A stretch of DNA of 64,000 nucleotides from Chlorobiota bacterium (lineage in GTDB: Bacteria; Bacteroidota; Ignavibacteria; Kapaibacteriales; NICIL-2). Of this stretch, positions 1 to 9,851 are shown one piece after another; position 1 is the stretch's first letter, and each line of letters begins with the position of its first letter. The stretch covers positions 89,223 to 153,222 of the forward strand of contig JBDHXF010000001.1 of the NCBI GenBank assembly GCA_039810585.1, in the 5' to 3' direction. The position numbers were made by a program, and so were the translations under genes. The notes beneath the pieces are model-generated. The model did not search any database. It saw only the letters and a program-made list of their open reading frames with translations, and was not told the origin of the DNA.

Positions 1-1
1 C

Positions 2-457
2 GCTGCACATGCGGTCGTTCCCTTCTACGGCCAAGGCATGAACTGCGGCTTTGAAGATTGCGTGACCTTAGCCGAATGTCTCGACGCGAATCCGAACAAT
101 TGGACAAGAGCGCTCGACGAATACCAACAAGACCGCAAGCCCAATGCCGATGCCATTGCGCAAATGGCCATCGACAACTTTGTGGAAATGCGCGATAAGG
201 TGGCGGATCCACGCTTCCTCCTACGCAAGAAAATTGAAGCCATGATGGCCAAGGAATTCCCCCATCATTTTGCTACGCAATACACCCTGGTGAGCTTTAG
301 TCCGGATGTTCCCTACAGCGAAGCACAGGAGCAGGGATTGCAGAACGATGTCCTGCTTGAGCGCATCATGGAAATTCCCGATATCACCACAACCTGGCAA
401 TCGGACGACGTCAAGCAAACCATTGCCGCCATGCTTGGGGCATCCATTGCTCGCTAA
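2..457 (+). CDS. kmo: kynurenine 3-monooxygenase, C-terminal part (5' end outside window)
   Basis: Frame beginning at nt 2 translates AAHAVVPFYGQGMNCGFEDC..., the conserved FAD-binding motif near the KMO C-terminus. Stop TAA at 455-457 overlaps the nadC ATG. Confidence 0.8.
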   Translation, partial: AAHAVVPFYGQGMNCGFEDCVTLAECLDANPNNWTRALDEYQQDRKPNADAIAQMAIDNFVEMRDKVADPRFLLRKKIEAMMAKEFPHHFATQYTLVSFSPDVPYSEAQEQGLQNDVLLERIMEIPDITTTWQSDDVKQTIAAMLGASIAR

Positions 458-1338
458 TGCCTATGTCACTCTCCACTCTGTCACAACAACTCGTGAACGA
501 CCGTTCAGTAGTGCGTCTCGTTCAGATCGCACTTAATGAAGATCTCGGCACGGGTGATATCACCACAGAACTCACGATTGATGAGTCGGTACAGGCTTCC
601 GCTGTCTTCGTCGCCAAAGCCCCGGGCATCGTCAGCGGTTTGGACGTAGCCGAAATCGTCCTCCGCTCCGTGGGCGAAAACATCGAGTGGAAGCCCGAGA
701 TGCAGGATGGCGACTCCTGTTCAAAAGGCAGTATCCTTGCCACCATGCACGGAAGCGCACACTATCTGCTCAGCGCAGAGCGCACAGCACTGAACTTCCT
801 GCAACGCATGTGCGGCGTGGCCACCAAGGCACGCGCATTTGTTGACGCAGTGAAACACACCAAGACACAAATCTTAGATACACGGAAGACAATACCTGGC
901 TGGAGAGTACTTGACAAGTACGCCGCGCATTGCGGAGGCGTTGTGAACAATCGCATGGGATTGTTTGACATGGTGTTAATCAAGGACAATCACATCGCGG
1001 CCGCCGGTTCGCTACGCGCAGCCTTGGAAGCTGTGCGTGAGCTCTATGAGGAAAATCGCATGACCATCGAAATTGAGTGCGACACGCTGGATCAAGTCCG
1101 CGAGGCACTGTCAATCGGCGGTTTCCATCGCATCATGTTCGACAACTTCTCACTCGACGCCATTCGAGAAGGTGTTGCTCTGGTGGGCGATCGTTTTAAA
1201 ACTGAGGCCTCCGGAGGAATTACGGTCGAGAACGTCAGCTCCTTTGCCGAATGCGGCGTCGACTACATTTCTACCGGCGCCGTGACCCACAGCGCCATCG
1301 CGCTGGATATCTCGATGGACATCCAACTCCACTCGTAG
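457..1338 (+). CDS. nadC: nicotinate-nucleotide pyrophosphorylase (quinolinate phosphoribosyltransferase)
   Basis: 293 aa with the ALNEDLGTGDITT motif and QAPRTase-like length. Start overlaps the kmo stop (TAATG). Confidence 0.9.
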   Translation: MPMSLSTLSQQLVNDRSVVRLVQIALNEDLGTGDITTELTIDESVQASAVFVAKAPGIVSGLDVAEIVLRSVGENIEWKPEMQDGDSCSKGSILATMHGSAHYLLSAERTALNFLQRMCGVATKARAFVDAVKHTKTQILDTRKTIPGWRVLDKYAAHCGGVVNNRMGLFDMVLIKDNHIAAAGSLRAALEAVRELYEENRMTIEIECDTLDQVREALSIGGFHRIMFDNFSLDAIREGVALVGDRFKTEASGGITVENVSSFAECGVDYISTGAVTHSAIALDISMDIQLHS

Positions 1339-1446
1339 CGTGATACAATAGAGTTTGATTCTCGAAGCGTACGAAATCTCTGCGTGGGAATTTTTATTCG
1401 TGTGCGCCTTTGGCGCGCACGTATGAAACATCTCCTGAGAGTTACT

Positions 1447-2394
1447 CTACCCCACTCCGGGCAGCAGAGCCCGCTCCAATTCGTCGCGCAGTTCTTCGTA
1501 TTGAAAGGAATCGATGTACCCTTGCTGCAGCGCAAACTCGTTGGTGGCAAGGGAAAGATAGCAGTACTGACGGAAGAGAGTCGGTGTGGAGCGCAGGGCG
1601 TGCAGATGACGTCGTACGGTCCGCACATCACCCCTGGCTATCGGTCCGCTCAGCGGTGCACGACCCTGATGCGCCAAGGCCATGGTCGAGGCTTCGACGG
1701 CTGACTGAATAATGGGTGGTAAAAAGGTAGTCGGAGCAATGTGCGCAGACTCCGCAGCCTGTCTCGCTCCCGCAATAACCGCTTCCACATAATTCGACGC
1801 AAACACCGCACTGATGTGATAGAGAGCTTTGTGGGCACGAGTGTAGTCGGACAACACTTCGGCCGACCCGCCTAAACTGCGAACGAAGTAGGCAATGCGT
1901 TCCTCGTCGTCCGCCTCGCATTCGATGCCCCAGCGAATGCCAACTAAGAGTCGTTCGTGAGCGTGCGTAAATGTCTGGAACGGATGAGCCGCTGCAACAC
2001 GTGCTCCGGCTTGTTCGCAGGATGCAAGGACTTCTGTGCCCATCGCCCCGCTGCAGTGAAGAACCAAAGAGTCGAGTAAGGCAGGACCAAACGTGTGAGC
2101 CACGGATGTAGAAACAGCCTCGATGGCAGTATCGGGAACGCACAGAAGCAAGATGTCAGGAATAAACGGAACCTCGTCAACATCCGCCACCAAGGAAATG
2201 TCGGGCAGTGCCTGCGCAAGCTGTGTGCGACGCTGCTCGTTGCGAACCACCATCCACAGAGGAACTGACAGCTGTTGCAATCGCAGCGCGATGCTGAGAC
2301 CCACCTTTCCGGCTCCAACAATACCGATGCGTTGGTGAAAACCCGGGGTTGAGGAATCAAAAGACGTGGTTTGCAAGAGCTCGTGCGACGACAT
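1447..2394 (-). CDS. Rossmann-fold NADP oxidoreductase-like / DUF2520 domain protein
   Basis: N-terminal GxGxxG (IGIVGAGKVG) and C-terminal SGPIARGD motif typical of DUF2520 proteins. Confidence 0.65.
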   Translation of the reverse strand: MSSHELLQTTSFDSSTPGFHQRIGIVGAGKVGLSIALRLQQLSVPLWMVVRNEQRRTQLAQALPDISLVADVDEVPFIPDILLLCVPDTAIEAVSTSVAHTFGPALLDSLVLHCSGAMGTEVLASCEQAGARVAAAHPFQTFTHAHERLLVGIRWGIECEADDEERIAYFVRSLGGSAEVLSDYTRAHKALYHISAVFASNYVEAVIAGARQAAESAHIAPTTFLPPIIQSAVEASTMALAHQGRAPLSGPIARGDVRTVRRHLHALRSTPTLFRQYCYLSLATNEFALQQGYIDSFQYEELRDELERALLPGVG

Positions 2395-2843
2395 AAGAAG
2401 TCCTTCTGGAGCTGCAAATATCGTGATTCGAGCGCTCTCTTACACGCGGATGCGATGTGAAATGTCCATCATCGCGCGCAATTCAAATGAGAGGTAGGGT
2501 TAAGACTCACTCCGCTGAACATTTAACTCTCGTTCAATGGGTCATTCGAGGATTTACTGCGAGCGCCCAAGCACCTGCGTGATTCTTCAGCAAGCACCTG
2601 GCTTAGGCCTTGTCGACGGATTTGTTCGTGGCTGGCTACGGGACTGTAGTGATAACTATGATGGTAACGCAGATCCAGACGACGCAGTCCGGAGTATGGA
2701 TTGTCGTCGCTTGATGTCATTCCGTCTCGCGTTGGTTTCACGTCCACTCCGTGCAATAATGATACGTGTCGCAGAAATACTACGAGCTAAAATACCGAGT
2801 TGTGCCTAGCAATTCTTACAAATAAGAGCACACAAAGTTCATA

Positions 2844-4304
2844 CTACAACTCCACCAACTCAAATCCCTCTTTGGTATCCTTGATATCCCAGCCTTGGGC
2901 TTGTACTTGTTTTCTAAGATCATCAGCGGCGGCGAAGTCACGATTCTTCTTTGCCTCCCAGCGTTGCTGAGCCAAAGCATGAACCTCCGCCGGTGCGGCG
3001 ACTTTTTCCACGACGGGTCGCTCGCCAATCGTCCACACGTCAAAGATATCGTTGAGTTCGCGAAAGAAGTGCAAGGCCTTCTCGCGAGACTCCGAGTTCA
3101 TCGACTTCATGTTCAAGGAATTGAGTCCTGAATACAAGGCTGCCATTGCTTTGGGTGTATGAAGGTTATCCGCTAATGCGCTAAAGACATCACGGCGCAG
3201 CTCGTCGACTGACAAGGCTTCACTACCGGTGGCTTCCCACGTATCGTAAATACTCTCTTGCACCCGTGCACGCGCTTTGGAGGCAGCGCTGACTCCATCG
3301 AAGGTGAAGTTGTAGACCGAAGCATAGTGTGTGCTGAGCATGGCGAGACGAACATCCAACGCATCCAATCCGCGATCCAGCAGATCGTGCAGGGTGAAGA
3401 AATTACCCAGGGATTTGGACATCTTCTTGCCTTCCACTTCGAGGAACTCGTTATGGCACCAAACGCGCACAGGATCGACGCCGTAGCCGGCTTTACTCTG
3501 TGCAATCTCGTCCTCATGGTGCGGAAAGCGCAAGTCCACTCCGCCGGTATGGATATCAAAAGGTAACCCCAGAAGTTCCTTGCCCATGGCGGAGCACTCG
3601 ATGTGCCAACCCGGACGTCCGGGAAGCGCAGGATGCTCGTCGCTCAAGTGAAAATCCCAGAATGGTTCATCGTCCTTCCGTGCTTTCCAGAGCACGAAGT
3701 CGCTCACGCTATCACGCTCATACTCATCGGCATCGATGCGTACACCTTCGCGAAAATTGCCAAAGTCCACTTTGAATAAACGGCCATAGCTATCGTCCCT
3801 GCGCCAGGCATTGAGATCAAAATACACGCTGCCTTCGGCAACGTAGGCGTAGCCGCGTTCGATAATGCGACGGATCAGATCCTGCATTTGAGGAATGAAT
3901 TCCGTAGCGCGAGGCAAAGCCGCAAAGTGTTCCGAACGAATGCCTAGCATGGCGATATCGCTCACGAATTCTGCTTCGTAATAGTGCGTGAGCATGCGCA
4001 GATTTTCGTTTGCATCGGTGCCCTGCGCGCCCATGTCAGCCAACCAACGATCGCTGCCGATGCGGCTGTCGCGAATGGTCTTGTCGTCGATGTCCGTAAT
4101 ATTCATCACCCAGTGCACCTCGTATCCACCCACCACGCACATGACACGTTGCAGTAAATCGGCAAAGAGGAAGGCCCGCATGTTGCCGATGTGAGCGTGA
4201 TTGTAGACAGTGGGACCGCAGGAATAGATGCTCACGACGTTGTCGTTCACCGGGCGGAAATCTTCTACCTGTTTGGATAGGGTATTGTAGAGCTTGATCT
4301 TCAT
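2844..4304 (-). CDS. cysS: cysteinyl-tRNA synthetase
   Basis: 486 aa. HIGN motif (AHIGNMRA), KMSKS motif (KKMSKSLGN) and a class I aaRS architecture. Confidence 0.95.
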   Translation of the reverse strand: MKIKLYNTLSKQVEDFRPVNDNVVSIYSCGPTVYNHAHIGNMRAFLFADLLQRVMCVVGGYEVHWVMNITDIDDKTIRDSRIGSDRWLADMGAQGTDANENLRMLTHYYEAEFVSDIAMLGIRSEHFAALPRATEFIPQMQDLIRRIIERGYAYVAEGSVYFDLNAWRRDDSYGRLFKVDFGNFREGVRIDADEYERDSVSDFVLWKARKDDEPFWDFHLSDEHPALPGRPGWHIECSAMGKELLGLPFDIHTGGVDLRFPHHEDEIAQSKAGYGVDPVRVWCHNEFLEVEGKKMSKSLGNFFTLHDLLDRGLDALDVRLAMLSTHYASVYNFTFDGVSAASKARARVQESIYDTWEATGSEALSVDELRRDVFSALADNLHTPKAMAALYSGLNSLNMKSMNSESREKALHFFRELNDIFDVWTIGERPVVEKVAAPAEVHALAQQRWEAKKNRDFAAADDLRKQVQAQGWDIKDTKEGFELVEL

Positions 4305-4612
4305 CTTCGAAGCTTTCGATTATTGGCAATGGAGTAGGAAAAAACGGTCAATGCAGGATTCAACTGGCGCACAAGGGGTGCACCCCAAACGATAGTGCTC
4401 TCAACACCAACAGTCGGTACAAAGGAAGGATGGGTACGTGCCTGCAATCATGATGCCGCAAGATAATGAAGAAATGGAACATGGAAATGGAGGGGCGTTT
4501 GCACAAGCTTCCTTCCGATTTCAAACGATTATCGGTTTCTATCGGCTAAAAACAAAGCTCCGTGAGATACTTCGTTAAAAGTGAATCACTCTAGGATATC
4601 CTCATCTACTTC

Positions 4613-6820
4613 TCACTCCCCCGTTTCATTCACCAATCTCAGATCGATCAATCGTTTTTCGAGCTGGACGCGGAGGATTTGGACTTTGACGCGTTTGCCG
4701 AAGCTAAAGACTTCTTTGGAGCGGCGACCGACGAGGCGAAAGGCGGCTTCGTCGTAGTAGTAATAATCTCCGCTCATTTCGCGGATGTGAACCAGACCCT
4801 CTGCATAGAGTTCGTCAAGCAGGACGAACATACCGTAACTGGTGACACCGCTGATCGTGCCCTCAAGCTCGTCACCCACGTGCTGACTCGCCATGAGCAC
4901 CTGCGCGAGTTTCGATGATGCACGCTCGGCGTCGACTGCCAGACGTTCCTGCTGAGAACAATGATCACAAATTTCTTCCAGCTCATCGGCCAGGCGATGC
5001 AGACGGTGTTCGTCGAGGGTGGGGCTTGCGTATTCTTTCAACAGGCGATGCACCACTAAGTCGGGGTATCGCCGAATGGGTGAGGTGAAGTGGGTGTAGT
5101 GTTCGAAGCCCAGTCCAAAGTGTCCCACATTAAAAGCCGAATACCTCGCCTTTGCCATCGAGCGCAACAGCACTTGATTGATGGCAGCAAATTCGGGTCG
5201 CTCGCTGAGGCCTTCAAGCAGGACGTTAATCTCGCGCGACGACGGACTCTTCATCTTCATCGTCACCCCCAGCGAGCGCATGAAACTGAAGGCTGACTGC
5301 AGCTTCTCGTCATCCGGATCGTCGTGAATGCGGTAGACAAAGGGTAAGGTCTGCTTGCGACGTAGCGTCTTCGAAAGTTTGACGATGTGTTCGGTCACCG
5401 TTTTGTTTGCCACGAGCATGCATTCCTCAACCAGGCCTGTAGCGTCACTCCGTCGCTTCACCGTTGCCTTGACGGGGTTCTTCTGCTCGTCCAGCACAAA
5501 GCGCACTTCCGCCGTATCGAAGTCGATGCCGCCTTGCTTGTAGCGTCGCTTACGCAACACCTCCGCAAAGCGATGGAGATCCAAGAGCAGTTCTGCGTTA
5601 GCATCGTCGGCACCTTCAATCACTTTCTGCACTTCATCGTAGGTGTAGCGTCGTTTCGATCGGATGACGCTCTCCGTTAGCCGATGCGCTTTGAGCACTC
5701 CTCGCGCCGTGAATTCCATGAACACAGAAAAGGCCATGCGGTCTTCATTCGGCACCAGCGAGCAAACGTTGTTGCTCAGCACTTCGGGGAGCATGGGAAT
5801 CACCCGGTCCACCAAATAGGTGCTGTTGGCTCGCTTCAACGCTTCACGGTCGAGGGCGGAATCTTCCTGCACATACGCACTCACATCCGCTATGTGCACG
5901 CCGAGTTCGAGGTTGCCGTTGTCGAGCTGACGCAGCGACAACGCATCGTCGAAGTCGCGGGCATCGTCCGGATCGATCGTCACAATCATCTCTGCTCGTA
6001 AATCCTCGCGCGTGTGAACCGTCAGCGGACTCTTGGCGAAGCGTGCTGCTTCTTCTTCCACGATGGTACTGAATCGCAGCGGAAGACGAAACTCCTTCAC
6101 CACGGCATCAAACTCCACACGCACCACACCGGCTTTGCCGAGCACTTCAACGATTTCGGCTTCGGGACTCACATGCGGATTATCCCACTTGAGCACCGTG
6201 GCAAGCACTTTGTCGCCAATGTGCGCGCCACCAAGGTTTCGTGCAGCAACTAAAAAGTCGAGGAAATAATGTTCTTCGTCGGGAACGAAAAACCAGAAGT
6301 CAGCTTCCTTGTGAAGTGTTCCGGCTATGGGCTGCTGGTTTCGCTCGACAATGCGCACTACTTCGCCGCGTGGCTTTTTGTTCGGACGCAGCGCGAGAAG
6401 TTTTACTTCCACCGTATCGCCATGCAGAGCACAGAGCATGTCGTGCCTCTTGATGTGAATGCGTGCAAACTCCGCATCGTTGGTTTGCACGTATCCGCTC
6501 GTTTCATAGTCCAGGTGCAAGACGCCGGTGAACGAGCTCACGTCCTCCCGTGAGGCAACCGTGTAGCGACGTCGCGTAGTCTTCCGCACCAGATCCGCCT
6601 CCACCAGGCGATCGAGTGCGGCGCGTAGTTCGTCATGCTGCGGCGTCTCCGAGCGTATTCCCAGCTCTTTGCCAATTTCGTTGATCTTGAGTGGGTTGAG
6701 GGAGCGAGCCAGAAGATCGAAGACGCGTTGACTGAGTTCCGACCACTGTTCAGCCGGAAGGTTCGAGGATGAATGATTCTTGCGCAGCTTTGCTGCTTGG
6801 ATGTTCTTTTTCTTTTTCAT
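4613..6820 (-). CDS. rnr: ribonuclease R (RNB-family exoribonuclease with C-terminal S1 domain)
   Basis: RNB catalytic region and a C-terminal S1 domain (GTISGVTSYGMFVLL...). Start placed at the internal MKKKKN ATG (6818-6820); the track ORF extends to 6889. Confidence 0.88.
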   Translation of the reverse strand: MKKKKNIQAAKLRKNHSSSNLPAEQWSELSQRVFDLLARSLNPLKINEIGKELGIRSETPQHDELRAALDRLVEADLVRKTTRRRYTVASREDVSSFTGVLHLDYETSGYVQTNDAEFARIHIKRHDMLCALHGDTVEVKLLALRPNKKPRGEVVRIVERNQQPIAGTLHKEADFWFFVPDEEHYFLDFLVAARNLGGAHIGDKVLATVLKWDNPHVSPEAEIVEVLGKAGVVRVEFDAVVKEFRLPLRFSTIVEEEAARFAKSPLTVHTREDLRAEMIVTIDPDDARDFDDALSLRQLDNGNLELGVHIADVSAYVQEDSALDREALKRANSTYLVDRVIPMLPEVLSNNVCSLVPNEDRMAFSVFMEFTARGVLKAHRLTESVIRSKRRYTYDEVQKVIEGADDANAELLLDLHRFAEVLRKRRYKQGGIDFDTAEVRFVLDEQKNPVKATVKRRSDATGLVEECMLVANKTVTEHIVKLSKTLRRKQTLPFVYRIHDDPDDEKLQSAFSFMRSLGVTMKMKSPSSREINVLLEGLSERPEFAAINQVLLRSMAKARYSAFNVGHFGLGFEHYTHFTSPIRRYPDLVVHRLLKEYASPTLDEHRLHRLADELEEICDHCSQQERLAVDAERASSKLAQVLMASQHVGDELEGTISGVTSYGMFVLLDELYAEGLVHIREMSGDYYYYDEAAFRLVGRRSKEVFSFGKRVKVQILRVQLEKRLIDLRLVNETGE

Positions 6821-6947
6821 GAAAGCGCCGTCAGGCGCGTACGAATAAAAATTCAGTGACTGTGCGTTATGCCTTTCGAGGTCAGGCACTCACTGCATAA
6901 TCGGGCGTGTTTTTCGAATGTCGTGAGTGACGAATTTCCCGTATTAC

Positions 6948-9659
6948 TCAGGCGTAGACCATCACATTATTGGTCTTGGCGGCAGCAAGCTCCATGGCTC
7001 TGCCCGCGTTGGTGAGGATGGATTCCGCGTTATCATCATCCACAGCCTTGGCAAGACCGATACTGACGGTGACGGTGTAGCGCTTGCGGTTGATTTCCTT
7101 GACGCTGATGGCAACTTCTTTGCGCAAACGTTCGGCCCAGAGTTGAGCTTCGGTATCGCGGGTGCCCGACATCGCGATGGCAATGATGTTATCGTCCACT
7201 CGACCCAGCACATCATAACTCCGTACTACTTTACGCAGAAGACTGAGCACGTGTAGGAATATCTCCTCTTTGTCTGCATGCCCCAGTTGATGCTCGATTG
7301 CGCCGTAGCGATCGATTGCCACAAGCACCACCACCATGGGCACTTTGTTATCCCTGGCTCGGATCACTTCTTCGTCCAAGCGATGAATAAACGCTGTACT
7401 GTTGAGCAGCCCCGTGCCTTCGTCCATGAGGGCTGATTTCTTGAGCAGCTTTTGCACGTGCAGTTGCTCGAGAATAATGCCCGTTTGTTCTCCGATAGTT
7501 TCGAGAATGGAGATATCTCGCTCGGTCAGTTCAGAACTGTGTCCCTCGACAAACAAGGCTCCGTAGCAATTTGACGTTGACTTCAGCGGGACGGCAGCGA
7601 AGAAACCATTGGGAAGCGCCGATTCCTGTGTGTGATAACGGCAGACACCGTGCGGAATGGGGTTTGACAAGGTCGTGGTACCACGGAAAATCGTGCGTGT
7701 GATCAGCGCATTCTCGGTGTTGATCACACTTCCTGCAAGCTTCTCCACGCCTTTACGTTCGGAGCTGATGTTGTGAATGGTCCAGTCTTCCTTCTCACGA
7801 TCGAACAGTACCACTCCAATGGTTTGAGCTTCAACAATGGTGGACGACGATTCCACCAGTGCCGATGCAATGTGCTGCATCGACGCTCTCGGCTTGTTGA
7901 CTAAGGATCGGAAATGGGTGAGAGCTTCGAGGGTACGAGAGGATTGCAGCAGGTCATACTTACCGGTATAACTCTGCGTGAGTCCACTAATGAGTTTCGT
8001 GAAGTGTCCCAGCGAGCCGATCGTAATCTCATCGTAGGCATCGTCCTGTGTAGAATCGGCGCACAACACACCGATCACCGTGTGATTGAGAAACACCGGC
8101 ACTCCCACAAACGAAGTTGTGCCGGCTGGCTTCGTATAGTAGGGAATCAAGTCGCTCTGAGCCGAGGGCTTGATCTCGGTCAGAATTTCCGGACGACCGC
8201 TCTTGGCTATTTGCGAAACAATATCGCGCCCCATCGGATACTTACGCTGGTTGCGGAAAAGATCCGCTGCATCGGTGATGCGAGTTTCCATCACGAGCTC
8301 GTCTTGCTCTAAGTTTACCCAGAAGAAAACTGCCGTGCGCGCATTCATCATGGAGCGAATCACCATGAGGACGCGCGAGAGCAAGTAATCGAATTCTTTG
8401 CGTGGCTCCTCGTCACCCGGATGCTCAACGTCGTCGATCAGATTGGCCATCGCCAGCTGTAACTGACGCTGACGGGAATTCTGTTGCGGATCTGAGTTGC
8501 GATACGGCGTGTTCTCAGCTCCCAACATTGCCGTTCCCTCAGCACCCGCGATCTCATCGGTCTCAGAGCTTTTGTCGACTCGTGGTAGGGGCACTGCCTC
8601 GGGAATGGAAGGACTGTTGTCGGACGATTCGTCTGACGAAGCGACACTCTCAGGATCCTTCTTATTCGTGCCAGGCTTCGCCTGTTGCACGTCGAGTGTT
8701 TGGGAAGCAGCAGCAATTGTAGCGGGGGCTGACTTTTGTCCGTTGACACCACGCGCATCAGAAGTTGATTGTTCGTCGTCAAGTGGAGTTGTCTTTACTA
8801 TGTCCGCCTGTTCTGTCTCTGGTATAGGCAGAGTTTTCGCTCCCTTGTTCTTTTGCTTCTGCTGCTGGGGTTGCGCTTTGGGTCCTTTTGTCGTGGCTTC
8901 ACCCTGAGTTGCACCGGTCGACTGAGTGGCCGTAATGGCCGGAGCTTTGTCGCTCGGCAGAGCACCGGACGGTGCTGCGGTACCTCCTGTTGCAGCCGAT
9001 CGGTTTGCGGAAGATCCCTGCGCTGAGGCAGTTCTCGAGTCAGCTGCGGCGGTCTGAGATGACGTTGCCTGATTTGTGGTGTCGGCGACTTCCGATTGAC
9101 GCCGCTTGATGCGCATCCCGGAAATATCGTCGCTGAAATCGGCTGAACTATCATCGTCACCAAACGCATCACGTGCGGGCGATGCTTCGTTCTTAAAGGC
9201 AGGATTACGGCGCGTCACAACCGTCGGTTCGGAGCTAGCATCAGTATCGTCGAAGCGCATGCGCTGGGGAGCGGACTTCTCACGAGGCAGCTGAGCTTCT
9301 GCTTCCGCACTCACAAGTACATCGTCGCCACCAAAGTTGCTTTCGAAGTCGTCGAATACATATCGTGTACCACTGTCGTCCTTACGCACTTTCACCGACA
9401 ACTCCACTGGCTGACTGGGTGCAGGACGACGCGTTTCAACGCGGTCTTTGAGTCTCGTACTGAGATTCATCACCAACACGACGCCGGAAAGCAGGGCCAT
9501 GCAAGCACCGATCAGGCGTACGGGCAGATCGTTGAGGAACACGAGAATGAATAAGCCGAGGAAGATCACGACGAAGTAGATCGTGTCGCTCGGCACGAGG
9601 TATTTTTTAAGGTCGAATTTTGAGATCATGGCTGATCCAGGTAAAGCATTGGGCTTCAC
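6948..9659 (-). CDS. membrane-anchored GAF-GAF protein with degenerate GGDEF domain and a long acidic/Ser-Thr-rich disordered linker
   Basis: Two N-terminal TM helices, then about 350 aa of low complexity (FDDFESNFGGDD, DAFGDDDSSADFSDD, ATQSTGATQGEATT). Two GAF-like regions follow, and the C-terminal GGDEF fold carries RVDDN in place of the catalytic GG(D/E)EF. Confidence 0.7.
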   Translation of the reverse strand: MKPNALPGSAMISKFDLKKYLVPSDTIYFVVIFLGLFILVFLNDLPVRLIGACMALLSGVVLVMNLSTRLKDRVETRRPAPSQPVELSVKVRKDDSGTRYVFDDFESNFGGDDVLVSAEAEAQLPREKSAPQRMRFDDTDASSEPTVVTRRNPAFKNEASPARDAFGDDDSSADFSDDISGMRIKRRQSEVADTTNQATSSQTAAADSRTASAQGSSANRSAATGGTAAPSGALPSDKAPAITATQSTGATQGEATTKGPKAQPQQQKQKNKGAKTLPIPETEQADIVKTTPLDDEQSTSDARGVNGQKSAPATIAAASQTLDVQQAKPGTNKKDPESVASSDESSDNSPSIPEAVPLPRVDKSSETDEIAGAEGTAMLGAENTPYRNSDPQQNSRQRQLQLAMANLIDDVEHPGDEEPRKEFDYLLSRVLMVIRSMMNARTAVFFWVNLEQDELVMETRITDAADLFRNQRKYPMGRDIVSQIAKSGRPEILTEIKPSAQSDLIPYYTKPAGTTSFVGVPVFLNHTVIGVLCADSTQDDAYDEITIGSLGHFTKLISGLTQSYTGKYDLLQSSRTLEALTHFRSLVNKPRASMQHIASALVESSSTIVEAQTIGVVLFDREKEDWTIHNISSERKGVEKLAGSVINTENALITRTIFRGTTTLSNPIPHGVCRYHTQESALPNGFFAAVPLKSTSNCYGALFVEGHSSELTERDISILETIGEQTGIILEQLHVQKLLKKSALMDEGTGLLNSTAFIHRLDEEVIRARDNKVPMVVVLVAIDRYGAIEHQLGHADKEEIFLHVLSLLRKVVRSYDVLGRVDDNIIAIAMSGTRDTEAQLWAERLRKEVAISVKEINRKRYTVTVSIGLAKAVDDDNAESILTNAGRAMELAAAKTNNVMVYA

Positions 9660-9851
9660 AGCTCGTCATATGCTGCTATGACGAGAGAAATGAGAATGTG
9701 CAAAGATACAACCATCCGCGTCTTTGGACGGGGAACAGTTCGCCTGTGTTGTATAAAAGCATGGAGATTTTGCCGCAGCAGTTCGTACAACGGCTCGCCT
9801 CGCATCACGTCGTACTTGACGGAACACCTTGCGCAAGCGAGGAGCGGCTGA

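Noticed and set aside
1628-2143. 171-aa minus-strand ORF, Cys/Arg-rich
   Set aside because: Lies entirely inside and antisense or out of frame to the well-supported DUF2520 gene. Composition is typical of an alternative-frame artefact in GC-rich coding DNA.
5387-6553. Series of plus-strand ORFs (97-105 aa) within the rnr locus
   Set aside because: All are antisense to the RNase R coding sequence and lack any recognisable motif. They are shadow ORFs.
8438-9172. Several ORFs on both strands inside the 6948-9659 gene
   Set aside because: They fall in the low-complexity linker region of the large GAF/GGDEF-like gene, where repetitive codons create open frames in every phase.
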